DNA from: a plasmid
Sequence record: NZ_CP012356.1
Direction: 5' to 3' (one strand)
DNA length: 53,985 nucleotides
In this document: positions 36,675 to 45,972 of the stretch, piece by piece
Position numbering within the stretch: the stretch's first letter is position 1
Layout of the letters: every line of letters begins with the position of its first letter
Translations under genes and position numbers: made by a program
The notes under the pieces: generated by a model
What the model saw: the letters and a program-made list of their open reading frames with translations, nothing else
Told to the model about the DNA's origin: nothing
Databases searched by the model: none

Positions 36675-37084
36675 GGCGAAGTGAGCGCGGTGGAGCAAGT
36701 CTAAGCGTCGAGGTGCTCATGTGGGCGCCGATCGCGCTGGTGATCATCGGGTTTGTTGTGGGTATCGGCCGGATGTCGATGGCCCAGGACGCGGTGAATG
36801 GCGCGGCGGGTGCTGCGGCCCGTGCGGCGTCGTTGGAGCGTGATGGACAGTCGGCTCAGTCTGCGGCGCAGCAGGCGGCGTCGGCGAACCTGTCGTCCGG
36901 TGGGCTGGCATGTGCGCCGAATGTGAGCGTGGACACGTCAGTGTTTGCCCGTCCTGCCGGGCAGGCGGGCACGGTTCACGCCACGGTCACGTGTGTCACC
37001 TCGCTGGGTCTTGGGTTCGGGTCCCGGACGGTGCACGCAACGGGGTCTGCCCCGGTAGACACCTATCGGGAAAGGAGAGGCTGA
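36671..37084 (+). CDS. TadE-like pseudopilin 2 (137 aa)
   Basis: N-terminal SERGGASLSVEVLMWAPIALVIIGFV. Confidence 0.55.
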   Translation: MRRSERGGASLSVEVLMWAPIALVIIGFVVGIGRMSMAQDAVNGAAGAAARAASLERDGQSAQSAAQQAASANLSSGGLACAPNVSVDTSVFARPAGQAGTVHATVTCVTSLGLGFGSRTVHATGSAPVDTYRERRG

Positions 37085-37085
37085 G

Positions 37086-37487
37086 ATGGCCCGTGATGAG
37101 CGTGGTGGCGGCTCGGTGTCGGTGTGGATGCTGCTCATGGTGCCGGTGATTCTGGTCATGGCCGGCCTGGTTTTTGACGGGTCCCGTCAGATATCGGCAA
37201 CCCAGGCGGCCCAGGACGCGGCGGTTGCGGCATCCCGCGCCGGAACTGATGCGGCAGCGACACCGCAGCTTGCTGGCCACGACGGGGCGGCCGTAGCAGT
37301 CCAAGCGGCCCGCCAGGCACTATCTGCTGCCGGGGTGGACGGGTCGGTGCAGGAGGACGGGTCGACCATCACGGTGACCACGTCTCAAAGTCGGCCGACA
37401 GTGTTCCTGTCAGCGATCGGAATCAGCCAGGTAAGGGGGCATGGGCAGGCCCATGCTCAGCTTGTGGGACCGGGAGAACGCCCATGA
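37086..37487 (+). CDS. TadE/TadF-like pseudopilin 3 (133 aa)
   Basis: N-terminal DERGGGSVSVWMLLMVPVILVMAGLV. Confidence 0.55.
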   Translation: MARDERGGGSVSVWMLLMVPVILVMAGLVFDGSRQISATQAAQDAAVAASRAGTDAAATPQLAGHDGAAVAVQAARQALSAAGVDGSVQEDGSTITVTTSQSRPTVFLSAIGISQVRGHGQAHAQLVGPGERP

Positions 37488-40400
37488 CAGTGATACGTCG
37501 TATCGGTGCCCTGGTGGCACTGCTGGTGGTGATAGCCGGCTTACCGGCCGGGCTCGTGGCCGCAGGCGCCCCGCTAGTACCGGCGGGCCTGTCATGGGCC
37601 CATGTGCGGCATCTGTTGGTTACCCCAGACATGACCGGGTCGGTGCTGGTGTGGCTGGTCAGCCTCATCGGCTGGATCGGGTGGGCATGGTTCGCCCTGG
37701 CCGTCGCAGCCGAAGCGGTGACGATGCTCTCAGGGCAGCGGCTGCACTGGCACATGCCCGGCCCTCGCCTAGTGCGCCGAGTGGCAGCCGGTCTTCTCAT
37801 TGCCGCGTTCGCGGCCGCACCGGCAGCCACAAGCACGGCTCACGCCGCCGAGGCCACCCATGTGGCGGTCGCCGCCCAGGCTGGACCGGCACACGCGGCC
37901 CCCGCCCAGGACAGCCCCGCCACCACCTCTCAGGCCCCGGACGCCTCCACCACTCCGAAAATCTGGAAGACCTACACGGTGCGGGCCAACGACTACCTGT
38001 GGAAGATCGCCGAGCACTACTACGGTGACGGCGCCCAATTCCGTCGTATCGCCGAAGCCTCCGGTATCGACCCGCACTCAGAGCTGAAAGTCGGCCAGAA
38101 ACTGATCCTGCCGGTTCCTAAGAACACGGCCGCAGTTCATTCGGTTAAAGCGGGGGAGTATCTGTGGGAGATCGCCGAGCACTACTACGGTGACGGCGCC
38201 CAGTACCATAAAATCGCTGAAGCTTCCGGTATCGATGCCCATTCCGATCTAGCCGTGGGCCAAAAACTCGTCATCCCCGGGCCCCTCCGCCACGACGCCA
38301 CGCCGCCACACCACTCGGCGTCGACCCACGCGAAGGCCGCCACCCCAGCCCACACGCCCACGCGACGGCCTGCGCCTGCCCACAAAGCCACGCCCGCCCC
38401 GACGCCGGCCACCCCAACTACTCCGACCCACACGGTGACCCCAGCTCCGGCCTCTGCCGGCCACTCGACCAGCGACGAGCACCCACTCCATACGGATACC
38501 GCCGCAGCGGACAAGGCCAGCAACGAGGACGCCCTGTCCCCAATCCAGGTGGGTTTGACCGCCAGCGTCGGACTGGTGCTGGTCGCCGGACTGATCACCA
38601 CCCTCAACCGCCGCTACCGGACCCGGTTCACCCGCCAGCCCCGCGGCAAGGCCATGACCCTGCCCAGCCCGGACGCCCAAACTGCCGAGATAGCGCTGCG
38701 CAGCACCGGGGCGACTGACACTCTGACGATCACCTGCCTCGACCAGGCGCTCCGCGCGATCGGCGCATGGTGCCACCACTGCGGGCACCCGCTGCCACCC
38801 CTGCTGGCCGCCCGCGTCGATGACGACCGGATCGACCTGCTGCTATCCCAGGCGGCCCCCGACCATCCCGAGGCGGTGGAGCTGGCCGCCGACGGATCGG
38901 TGTGGACCCTCACCGCCGACCGGATCGACGACCTGCTAGCCCACACCGATGACAACCAAGCGGCTCCGTGGCCGTCTCTGGTCACACTGGGACGCGACGA
39001 CGACGGCGCCCACATCCTCATCGACTTGGAAGCCGCAGGAACCTTGCACCTGATCGCCGATGACGACCAGGTCGACGCGGCCCTCGCCGCGATCGCCGTG
39101 GAACTGGCCACCTGCGACTGGTCCGACGAAGTCAACGTCACCCTCGTCGGCCAGGTGTGCCCGGGCCTAGAAGACGCACTAGAGTCTCCGACCCTGACCC
39201 GCGCCACCGACGTGGACACCCTCCTCACCACCCTAGAAGCTCGCGCCGACGACCAGCGACACATCCTCACCGAAGGAAACCCCCTCGCCGCTCACCGAGC
39301 CGACCCCGCCATCTCCGACGGGTTCGACGCCGAAGTGATCCTCCTCGACACCGAACTCACCGAAGACCACCGCAACCGCCTCGCCAGCCTCGTCGAGGCT
39401 CTTCCCCGCGTGTCAGTCGCCGCGGTAACAACCAGCCCCACCAGCTCAGACGAATGGTCCCTCACCCTGACAGGTGACCCACTAGCCGCCGACCTGGCTC
39501 CCCTCGGCTGGCACATCCACCCCCAAACCCTCTCCCCCGACCTGTACAACCGCATGGTTGAACTACTCGCCAACTCCGCCGCCGCAGACTACGAACCCGC
39601 CAGCTGGTGGAACCACGACGCCGACGACGAGCCCACCACCGACCCCACCAACGAGGAAGAATCTACCCCGAGCAGGCGAGCCCGCCCGAATATCCGCCTG
39701 ACCACCCTGACCGGCGGCATCGACCTATCCAGCGTCGACATCGACGACATCATCGACGAAGCCAACCAGGCCCTCGACAACACCGACCAGACCACCAACC
39801 AGGTTCGCGTCGACACCAACCAACCCGGCACCGACACCCCCTTCCCCATCGACGACATCGACCCGCTGAGCTCCGACCATCCGGTCCTATCCATCATCGG
39901 CCACCCCGACATCACAGGTGCCACTGGAACCGTTGGGCGCTCCCCGTGGCGCTGCCAACAGTTGGCTCTCTACATCGCTGAGCATCCGGGAGCATCGGGG
40001 GCGACTATCGCCGATGATTTGGGGCTATCAGCGTCGACGGTGCGCTCGATTGCTACACACCTGCGACACTGGTTGGGAGCCGACGATGCCGGGGTGGCTT
40101 ACATGCCGGCGGCGACGCGCGGCTACCGGCTCGATGAGCGGATCGTCACAGATGTGGACCTGATCGACGCTGCTGTGGCCGGGGCAGGCATTAACACCGC
40201 TGAGACGGCCACACTGGTGGCCATTTTGAAGCTGGGCCGCGGACGGGTCTTCGCTGGGGTTCCTGACTCGGAACTTCGCCAGTTCAGGGCGTCGATGTAC
40301 CACGTGGAGGCCCGCATCGTCGATGCTGCCCTCCAAGTGACAGACCGGGCCCTGGAAGCCGGGGACCTGGGGCTGGCCCGGTGGGCGTTGACCCAAGGGC

Positions 40401-40597
40401 TACTGGTGTCTCCCGATCATGAGGACCTGGTCACCGGTTGTCTGCGCACCGAGTACCAGGCCGGCAACATGGACAAGGTTTCCGAGCTGGTCGATCACCT
40501 GTCGGCTACCGCACGACGCCTGGGCGTCGATTTGAGCGCCGACACCACCCGGATCATCGACTCCGTTATTACCCATACACGCAGGAGAGCATCATGA
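37484..40597 (+). CDS. Large membrane protein (1037 aa): N-terminal transmembrane region, two LysM repeats, Pro/Thr-rich linker, second transmembrane segment, then a C-terminal winged-HTH plus BTAD (SARP-like) domain
   Basis: Two near-identical LysM units YxVxxxDYLWxIAEHYYGDGAQxxxIAEASGIDxHSxLxVGQKLxxP; C-terminal region with a BTAD-like layout. Confidence 0.6.
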   Translation: MTVIRRIGALVALLVVIAGLPAGLVAAGAPLVPAGLSWAHVRHLLVTPDMTGSVLVWLVSLIGWIGWAWFALAVAAEAVTMLSGQRLHWHMPGPRLVRRVAAGLLIAAFAAAPAATSTAHAAEATHVAVAAQAGPAHAAPAQDSPATTSQAPDASTTPKIWKTYTVRANDYLWKIAEHYYGDGAQFRRIAEASGIDPHSELKVGQKLILPVPKNTAAVHSVKAGEYLWEIAEHYYGDGAQYHKIAEASGIDAHSDLAVGQKLVIPGPLRHDATPPHHSASTHAKAATPAHTPTRRPAPAHKATPAPTPATPTTPTHTVTPAPASAGHSTSDEHPLHTDTAAADKASNEDALSPIQVGLTASVGLVLVAGLITTLNRRYRTRFTRQPRGKAMTLPSPDAQTAEIALRSTGATDTLTITCLDQALRAIGAWCHHCGHPLPPLLAARVDDDRIDLLLSQAAPDHPEAVELAADGSVWTLTADRIDDLLAHTDDNQAAPWPSLVTLGRDDDGAHILIDLEAAGTLHLIADDDQVDAALAAIAVELATCDWSDEVNVTLVGQVCPGLEDALESPTLTRATDVDTLLTTLEARADDQRHILTEGNPLAAHRADPAISDGFDAEVILLDTELTEDHRNRLASLVEALPRVSVAAVTTSPTSSDEWSLTLTGDPLAADLAPLGWHIHPQTLSPDLYNRMVELLANSAAADYEPASWWNHDADDEPTTDPTNEEESTPSRRARPNIRLTTLTGGIDLSSVDIDDIIDEANQALDNTDQTTNQVRVDTNQPGTDTPFPIDDIDPLSSDHPVLSIIGHPDITGATGTVGRSPWRCQQLALYIAEHPGASGATIADDLGLSASTVRSIATHLRHWLGADDAGVAYMPAATRGYRLDERIVTDVDLIDAAVAGAGINTAETATLVAILKLGRGRVFAGVPDSELRQFRASMYHVEARIVDAALQVTDRALEAGDLGLARWALTQGLLVSPDHEDLVTGCLRTEYQAGNMDKVSELVDHLSATARRLGVDLSADTTRIIDSVITHTRRRAS

Positions 40598-40633
40598 TCT
40601 CCCGTTGCACTCATCTCCGTCAGGAAGGTTCCT

Positions 40634-41221
40634 ATGCACCATTATCGTCTTGGTATCGGCACTGCCCTCATCGCGGTAGCAGCCGTGGCCGGCTGTCGCT
40701 CAACAGACTCGACACCCACACCACCTCCATCCCGTGTCTCCGCCACGACATCAGCGAGCTCTACCCTCAGCCCGACCCCGTCAGCCGGAGCGATCAGTGC
40801 CGCCGACGCCGAAAACATCTACCGCACCGTCCAAGCTAACAAGATCGCACTGTACAAAAAGGGTGGCCTGGCACCCGGGGAACCCGCACCCGCGACACTG
40901 TCGAACTACGCCACCGGCCAGGCTCTCACCGACTACATGACCTACATGCACCAAATCTCGGGGCAGGGCATCAAAATCACATCGGGGAACTCCTCGGTTA
41001 CCGCGGTGCGGGAGAAAAAGGGTGATACCACCTACCCCGAAGCCGCTATCGCCTTGGAATCGTGCGAAGACGACAGTTCGATTCGTACCGTGGACCGCCA
41101 CGGAAAGGCTGATCATGGACGCATTTTCCATGTCGACAGTTGGTATGCCCGCGATAAGAAGGGCACCGTCAAGATGATCGCATTCAACTCAACGGAGGTC
41201 CCCACATGCGACGTCAAGTAA
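40634..41221 (+). CDS. Lipoprotein (195 aa)
   Basis: Signal peptide with lipobox VAGC; AGGAAGG RBS. Confidence 0.55.
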   Translation: MHHYRLGIGTALIAVAAVAGCRSTDSTPTPPPSRVSATTSASSTLSPTPSAGAISAADAENIYRTVQANKIALYKKGGLAPGEPAPATLSNYATGQALTDYMTYMHQISGQGIKITSGNSSVTAVREKKGDTTYPEAAIALESCEDDSSIRTVDRHGKADHGRIFHVDSWYARDKKGTVKMIAFNSTEVPTCDVK

Positions 41222-42087
41222 TCACCGCGGCCGTACTGGGCCTGGCCCTGGCCACCACCTCCCTGCCCGCCCTCGCAGGCGGCGGCGACTTGAACGGCAG
41301 TGTGGACACGGATGGCCCTGGTTACGATGTGCGTACTGAGGTGGATTACCATCACACCACCGGTGGTGCGGGTGGGGGTGCCACGACAGGGGGCCATCAT
41401 GGGGGCAAAACCCACGGTGATGGTGAAGGTGAGGCTATTGATGGGCGTTCTCGCGCCGATGCCGAAGCCGAACTAGACGAAGCCGACCGTAACCAGGACT
41501 TGACTTGTGATGTCTTGCTCCCACCGGCGCCGAATACCCCAGCCGGCCAGGAATGGGCGAAAGAATGCAATCCCCCAGCGAAAAAGGGGCAGAAGGCCAC
41601 CCCGAAGCCCGATCCGGTGTTAGTGGGCCGTCACGCGGCCTTGCAGCTCACCCTTCCCGGCGCGGCCCCTCGTATCGATCCGTCCCCCGACCTTAACCGG
41701 TGGCACTCGGCAGCAGTGGGCCAGGCTTTGTGGTTGTCGGTTGATGACCCCACCGCCACTACGCAGAAATCGATCACGTTTATGGGCCAGGTTGTCTCGT
41801 TGAGCGCCAAACGTAACGGTTTGTCGTTTGATATGGGTGATGGTCATGTCGTGCACTGTGATGCCACGACGACATGGACGGAGTCGGTGGAACCGGGGAC
41901 CCCCTCACCCACGTGCGGTTACACCTACCAACAGGCAGCCCCGGCCGGGGGCTATAAGGTCACCGCAATCACGTCGTGGGATGTGACCTGGTCGGTACTA
42001 GGACACACGGGCACAGTCCACATCCAGAAGGCCGGTGGGCAGATGCTTCCGGTCGGCGAGTTGGAGTCTGTTGTTACACGGCGATGA
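41206..42087 (+). CDS. Secreted protein (293 aa)
   Basis: Signal peptide ending in ALAGGG. Confidence 0.5.
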   Translation: MRRQVITAAVLGLALATTSLPALAGGGDLNGSVDTDGPGYDVRTEVDYHHTTGGAGGGATTGGHHGGKTHGDGEGEAIDGRSRADAEAELDEADRNQDLTCDVLLPPAPNTPAGQEWAKECNPPAKKGQKATPKPDPVLVGRHAALQLTLPGAAPRIDPSPDLNRWHSAAVGQALWLSVDDPTATTQKSITFMGQVVSLSAKRNGLSFDMGDGHVVHCDATTTWTESVEPGTPSPTCGYTYQQAAPAGGYKVTAITSWDVTWSVLGHTGTVHIQKAGGQMLPVGELESVVTRR

Positions 42088-43082
42088 CTCCTGATAGTCC
42101 GACGCTGTATGAGGTGTTGGAGGTCTGCCCTGATGCCACTGATGACCAGATCAAGACGGCGTGGCGTCGTGCCGCGAAAGTGACTCACCCTGATGCCGGT
42201 GGCACTAGTGAGGCGTTCGCGGCCGCCCGGCACGCCTGGGAGGTGTTGTCTGATCCTGCCCGGCGCACCGCCTACGATGCCGACCTGGCGGGGGAGGATG
42301 ATCCCGACGACGAAGCCGCCGACGCCTTCGACGTTGATCCGTTCACGGCATGGCCCTGGTGCGCCCCGTACATCGACGCCACCCCCACCCTGCGCCACAC
42401 CTGCCCCGGCACGATCAAGGCCATCGTGGTCGCCATCGCCGGGATCATGGCCGGAATCGGCTGGCAGGAAGCGCTGGAGGCCGTGGTGTCGCCGCCGGGG
42501 TTTCTGGGGGCGTGCTGGATAGTCTCAGTGCCGGTTGTCGTCGCAGTGACATGGCTGGCAGCGGTGACGGGTCTGGCATTTTTCACCATGGCGGCCATCT
42601 GGTGTGGATGGTCGTTGATAGGTGGTGCGTTGCTGTGGGGCCAGACGTCGGTGGTGTGGCTGATTGCTGCGGGGTGGCTGGCATGGCTGGTGTGTGCGTG
42701 GGTGTGGTGGAACCGTCATCTGGCGTGGAGTAGCGAGCTGATGCAGGAAGGCAATTTGTACGGCCTTCCCGAGGAAGACCCGTTGTGGGGCGAGGCCGTG
42801 GAGCTGGTAGCGGGACTTATCCCCTCTGTGCGGGCGATGTGGTCGCACGATGGGCAGACCGTGACTGTGTCGGCTGGCCGGCGGGTGGCGACACTGGGGA
42901 TGCCGATGCGGGGATGGCGTGGTATCGAGATGCGCGGCTGGAATCCAGTGGGCGCCGATACGTGGTGGATCGTTGACCAGGTGGGTAGTTGGCTGGTCGA
43001 TCAGGATGAGCCGATGGTCGTTGACGGGAGGGTGCTCCATGAGGCGTGGGAACGGTCGCAGATGGTCCGTTCAGGCCGCTGA
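42084..43082 (+). CDS. J-domain (DnaJ-like) protein with C-terminal transmembrane helices (332 aa)
   Basis: J-domain LYEVLEV...AWRRAAKVTHPDAGG with the HPD motif; ATGA coupling to the upstream gene. Confidence 0.6.
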   Translation: MTPDSPTLYEVLEVCPDATDDQIKTAWRRAAKVTHPDAGGTSEAFAAARHAWEVLSDPARRTAYDADLAGEDDPDDEAADAFDVDPFTAWPWCAPYIDATPTLRHTCPGTIKAIVVAIAGIMAGIGWQEALEAVVSPPGFLGACWIVSVPVVVAVTWLAAVTGLAFFTMAAIWCGWSLIGGALLWGQTSVVWLIAAGWLAWLVCAWVWWNRHLAWSSELMQEGNLYGLPEEDPLWGEAVELVAGLIPSVRAMWSHDGQTVTVSAGRRVATLGMPMRGWRGIEMRGWNPVGADTWWIVDQVGSWLVDQDEPMVVDGRVLHEAWERSQMVRSGR

Positions 43083-43150
43083 GAAAAAATTTAGGTCCGC
43101 CCTGCATATCGGGGCCTCTTCATACCTTCAAAAGTGTGAAGGGAATACAG
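43083..43150. repeat. Copy 1 of a roughly 70-bp direct repeat (GAAAAAATTTAGG...CCTTCAaaagtgTGAAGGGAATA); copy 2 is at 45361-45433
   Basis: Read directly; together with the diverged duplicated gene 3' end (42975-43082 versus 45255-45360) the copies bracket a roughly 2.2-kb insertion. Confidence 0.55.
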
Positions 43151-43250
43151 ACTCTTCGACTGGAATTAAAATGGTATATGGCGTGTCCGGTCCGCACCCA
43201 GCTCCACGATGCGCCATAGGGGAGCCATAACTTCACCAATCGTATACGAT

Positions 43251-43517
43251 ATGAGTGTAGGTGAGCATCTACCGGTGGCCGACAGTCAGATACAAGCATG
43301 GGCGGATGAAGCAGAAGCTGATTATGACCTCAGCATGCTTCCGCCGTCTCGACGTGGTCGCCCACCGGTGGGGAGGGGCCCGGGCACTGTGGTCCCTGTG
43401 CGCTTCGACGCGGACACTCTCAAGGCGTTGTCACAACGAGCCCCTGACGAAGGATTGACCACGCGTTCTGACGCGATCCGTGCTGCGGTTAACCAGTGGC
43501 TCGGCCTCGGCTCGTAA
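43251..43517 (+). CDS. CopG-like ribbon-helix-helix protein (88 aa), antitoxin-like
   Basis: C-terminal RHH VVPVRFDADTLKALSQRAPDEGLTTRSDAIRAAVNQWL. Confidence 0.45.
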   Translation: MSVGEHLPVADSQIQAWADEAEADYDLSMLPPSRRGRPPVGRGPGTVVPVRFDADTLKALSQRAPDEGLTTRSDAIRAAVNQWLGLGS

Positions 43518-44085
43518 ACATTATCGGCGCGACAACCTTACTGATGACGCTGTTGGTTACGCCGTAGAGCACATCTTGTACTCGTGGGCGCTCGACGATG
43601 CTGATGATCCTCGTTGCTGGATGATGATTCGGTGTTGACCCAGCTGGCCTCCTCATGGAGCTAGTTATCCTCATCTACGACGATGGCTATGAACTCCTGA
43701 TCCACGCCATGAAAGCCCGCCCTCAGTATCTGAGCTACTTCGCTATCTAGTGTTGTTGGGCGAGTTGAACTCAACTTTTCTCCGACGCAAGCGCCAATAA
43801 AAGGCTGATCCATCCGAATACCACCAAACACGGCTGACGTGTGGAACAGATTCAGCAAGACAGGGTGCAGTGCTCGGGTGCGTTGGGGAGATGAGGATAT
43901 TCAGGCTTCTGGCGGGATGTGGCTTGATGACGTCCAGGATCACCGGTTCGGTTTTGAAGGTGCCTTGCATTAATGTCGACAGGGTCGTACGACTCGAGGA
44001 CTGGATCGACCAGCCCGTTGCGTCTGAAGAACTTCATCCACCCCGGTGGAGCTCCGGCCGCGTACTGGTGCAACGGATCATTAGC

Positions 44086-45060
44086 ATGGGTAGCGTGAGT
44101 ATGCCTTCGATCGTGGTCAGTGCTGTCATCATCCAAGGTTCTGACGGGCGGCTTCTCACTGTCCGTAAACGAGGCACCGAGGCATTCATGCTGCCAGGCG
44201 GCAAGCCGGAGCCCGGCGAGGACTCGCGTCAGGCAGTAGTCCGGGAAGTGCACGAAGAGCTCGGCGTCGCATTGTCTTCCGACGACCTGCGTCGGGTGGG
44301 AGTGTTCACCACGCGAGCAGCGAATGAGGCCGGCCATCAGGTGGTGGCGACGATTTTCACCCACACCCCGGTTGCGGTGAGTGAGCCAGCTGCTGAGATC
44401 GAGCAGATTCGTTGGCTCGATTGGAGTGTCGACGCCCTGCCTGATGACCTGGCCCCGCTGCTGGTCGAGGCAGTCATCCCGTGGCTGCGGCGCCGTATCC
44501 GGTCGGTCGCTGTATTCACGGGTGCGAAGGATGGAACCGACCCTCATTATCGTGTCGAAGCAACCGCCTTGGGCCGGGGTCTCGCACACGCCGGGATCAC
44601 CCTGGTTTATGGCGGCGGGAAGGTCGGGATGATGGGTGCTGTTGCTGATGCGGCCCTCGCTGCTGGCGGCGCTGTGATCGGAGTGATGCCGCAGCACTTG
44701 GTGGACGGGGAGATCGCCCATCCTAGTCTGACTCACCTCGAGGTAGTGCGGACTATGCATGAGCGCAAGCAGCGGATGAGTGACCTAGCTGACGCGTTCG
44801 TCGCGCTACCCGGCGGCGGCGGAACCCTTGACGAGCTATTCGAAGCATGGACATGGCAGCAGCTCGGTGTACACAGCAAACCCGTGGCCTTGTACGACTC
44901 GACCTTCTGGGCACCGCTGACCGCGCTACTCAACCACATGACCATCGAAGGCTTCATCCGCCCTGAGGACCGCGCCTCGCTCGTGATCGCCGATACCATA
45001 CATCAGCTGATGGCCGATCTTGAGGGATGGACCCCACCACCACCGAAGTGGCGCTCGTGA
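44086..45060 (+). CDS. Nudix hydrolase - LOG (lysine-decarboxylase-like / nucleotide 5'-monophosphate nucleosidase) fusion protein (about 324 aa; start could be 44101)
   Basis: Canonical Nudix box GKPEPGEDSRQAVVREVHEELGV; LOG motifs GGGKVGMMGAV and PGGGGTLDELFE. Confidence 0.75.
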   Translation: MGSVSMPSIVVSAVIIQGSDGRLLTVRKRGTEAFMLPGGKPEPGEDSRQAVVREVHEELGVALSSDDLRRVGVFTTRAANEAGHQVVATIFTHTPVAVSEPAAEIEQIRWLDWSVDALPDDLAPLLVEAVIPWLRRRIRSVAVFTGAKDGTDPHYRVEATALGRGLAHAGITLVYGGGKVGMMGAVADAALAAGGAVIGVMPQHLVDGEIAHPSLTHLEVVRTMHERKQRMSDLADAFVALPGGGGTLDELFEAWTWQQLGVHSKPVALYDSTFWAPLTALLNHMTIEGFIRPEDRASLVIADTIHQLMADLEGWTPPPPKWRS

Positions 45061-45360
45061 CATAGAACAAATGATTCTGACTATGGCTCATTGACATCTG
45101 CGCAGCGGCTACTAGCTCCATTGACTTCAAATCGGGCCTTGGCCGAGGCTCGGTTCAGGTGGCCCGGAATGGATCCCCACAAATTGAATGCTCATGATCG
45201 AGGTGATGAACGCCCACTCTATTGTCCTACGCCCGGTTGTATCCAGCGAGCAATTGAAGGTGCTGCGCCTGTTGGTCGACCAGGCCGAGCCACTCATCAT
45301 CGACGGGCGCATCTTGTACGAGGCATGGGACAGGCTGCAAACAGCCCGTCCGGCCCGCTA

Positions 45361-45433
45361 GAAAAAATTTTTAGGGCCCGCTCCGCACATCCCGGTCTGT
45401 ACCCACACCTTCAAGGGTGTGAAGGGAATAAAA
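45361..45433. repeat. Copy 2 of the roughly 70-bp direct repeat with the CCTTCAagggtgTGAAGG palindrome
   Basis: Aligns with 43083-43150; preceded by a diverged copy of the last about 30 codons of the J-domain gene. Confidence 0.55.
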
Positions 45434-45512
45434 ACACACCTAACAACAACTTTGTTTCATGATTTGGCGCGTCGGACCCTTTCTGACCGATGTCGTGCGC
45501 AACAATGGACCC

Positions 45513-45857
45513 ATGAGTTCGCCTACCAAGATGCGCCGGAAGGGGACACGCGGCCCGAAACCTCGCAGCGACGAGGAGCTAACGGCTGTGATGTTCCGCG
45601 TCCCAGAGTCAGTGGCCGAACGTGTCAGCGATATGGCTTGGGAGCTGAGGCTCTCCCGATCCGATCTTGTGGGCTGGTCGGCCCTCTATGCACTCAACTC
45701 GATGCTCAGACAGCGCGGAGAGGACACGATTCCGGTTCCGGAGTATCTGGACAAGGCCGTGCTCGCTGCGTTGTATCCCGATGGGTTGCCCTTCGACGAG
45801 GACACCGAGGAGCCGGGCGAGAATGCCGGGCAGGAGGAGCTTGCGATGACTGGATGA
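45513..45857 (+). CDS. Ribbon-helix-helix protein (114 aa)
   Basis: RHH MFRVPESVAERVSDMAWELRLSRSDLVGWSALYAL; acidic tail. Confidence 0.45.
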   Translation: MSSPTKMRRKGTRGPKPRSDEELTAVMFRVPESVAERVSDMAWELRLSRSDLVGWSALYALNSMLRQRGEDTIPVPEYLDKAVLAALYPDGLPFDEDTEEPGENAGQEELAMTG

Positions 45858-45972
45858 GCCCGAACATGGTTGAAGGCCGCCCCGCCAGGCGACCTTCAAT
45901 CAATGGTTTCGGTTGTCAGCTGCAGCCACCCTTGCCAGGTGCTGTGGTTCTTCTCCAGAGGAGGAGGGACCG

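Noticed and set aside
38185-39477. ORFs 38249-38788, 38614-39270, 39157-39477 inside the LysM/BTAD gene
   Set aside because: Antisense or alternative-frame Arg/Gly/Trp-rich artefacts within a gene that has clear LysM repeats.
43520-43870. Small minus-strand ORFs (43489-43674, 43661-43858, 43743-43970) in the AT-richer spacer of the inserted cassette
   Set aside because: Short and overlapping, with no RBS or domain support. The 32-codon plus-strand mini-ORF (43637-43735) is too short to annotate as a feature.
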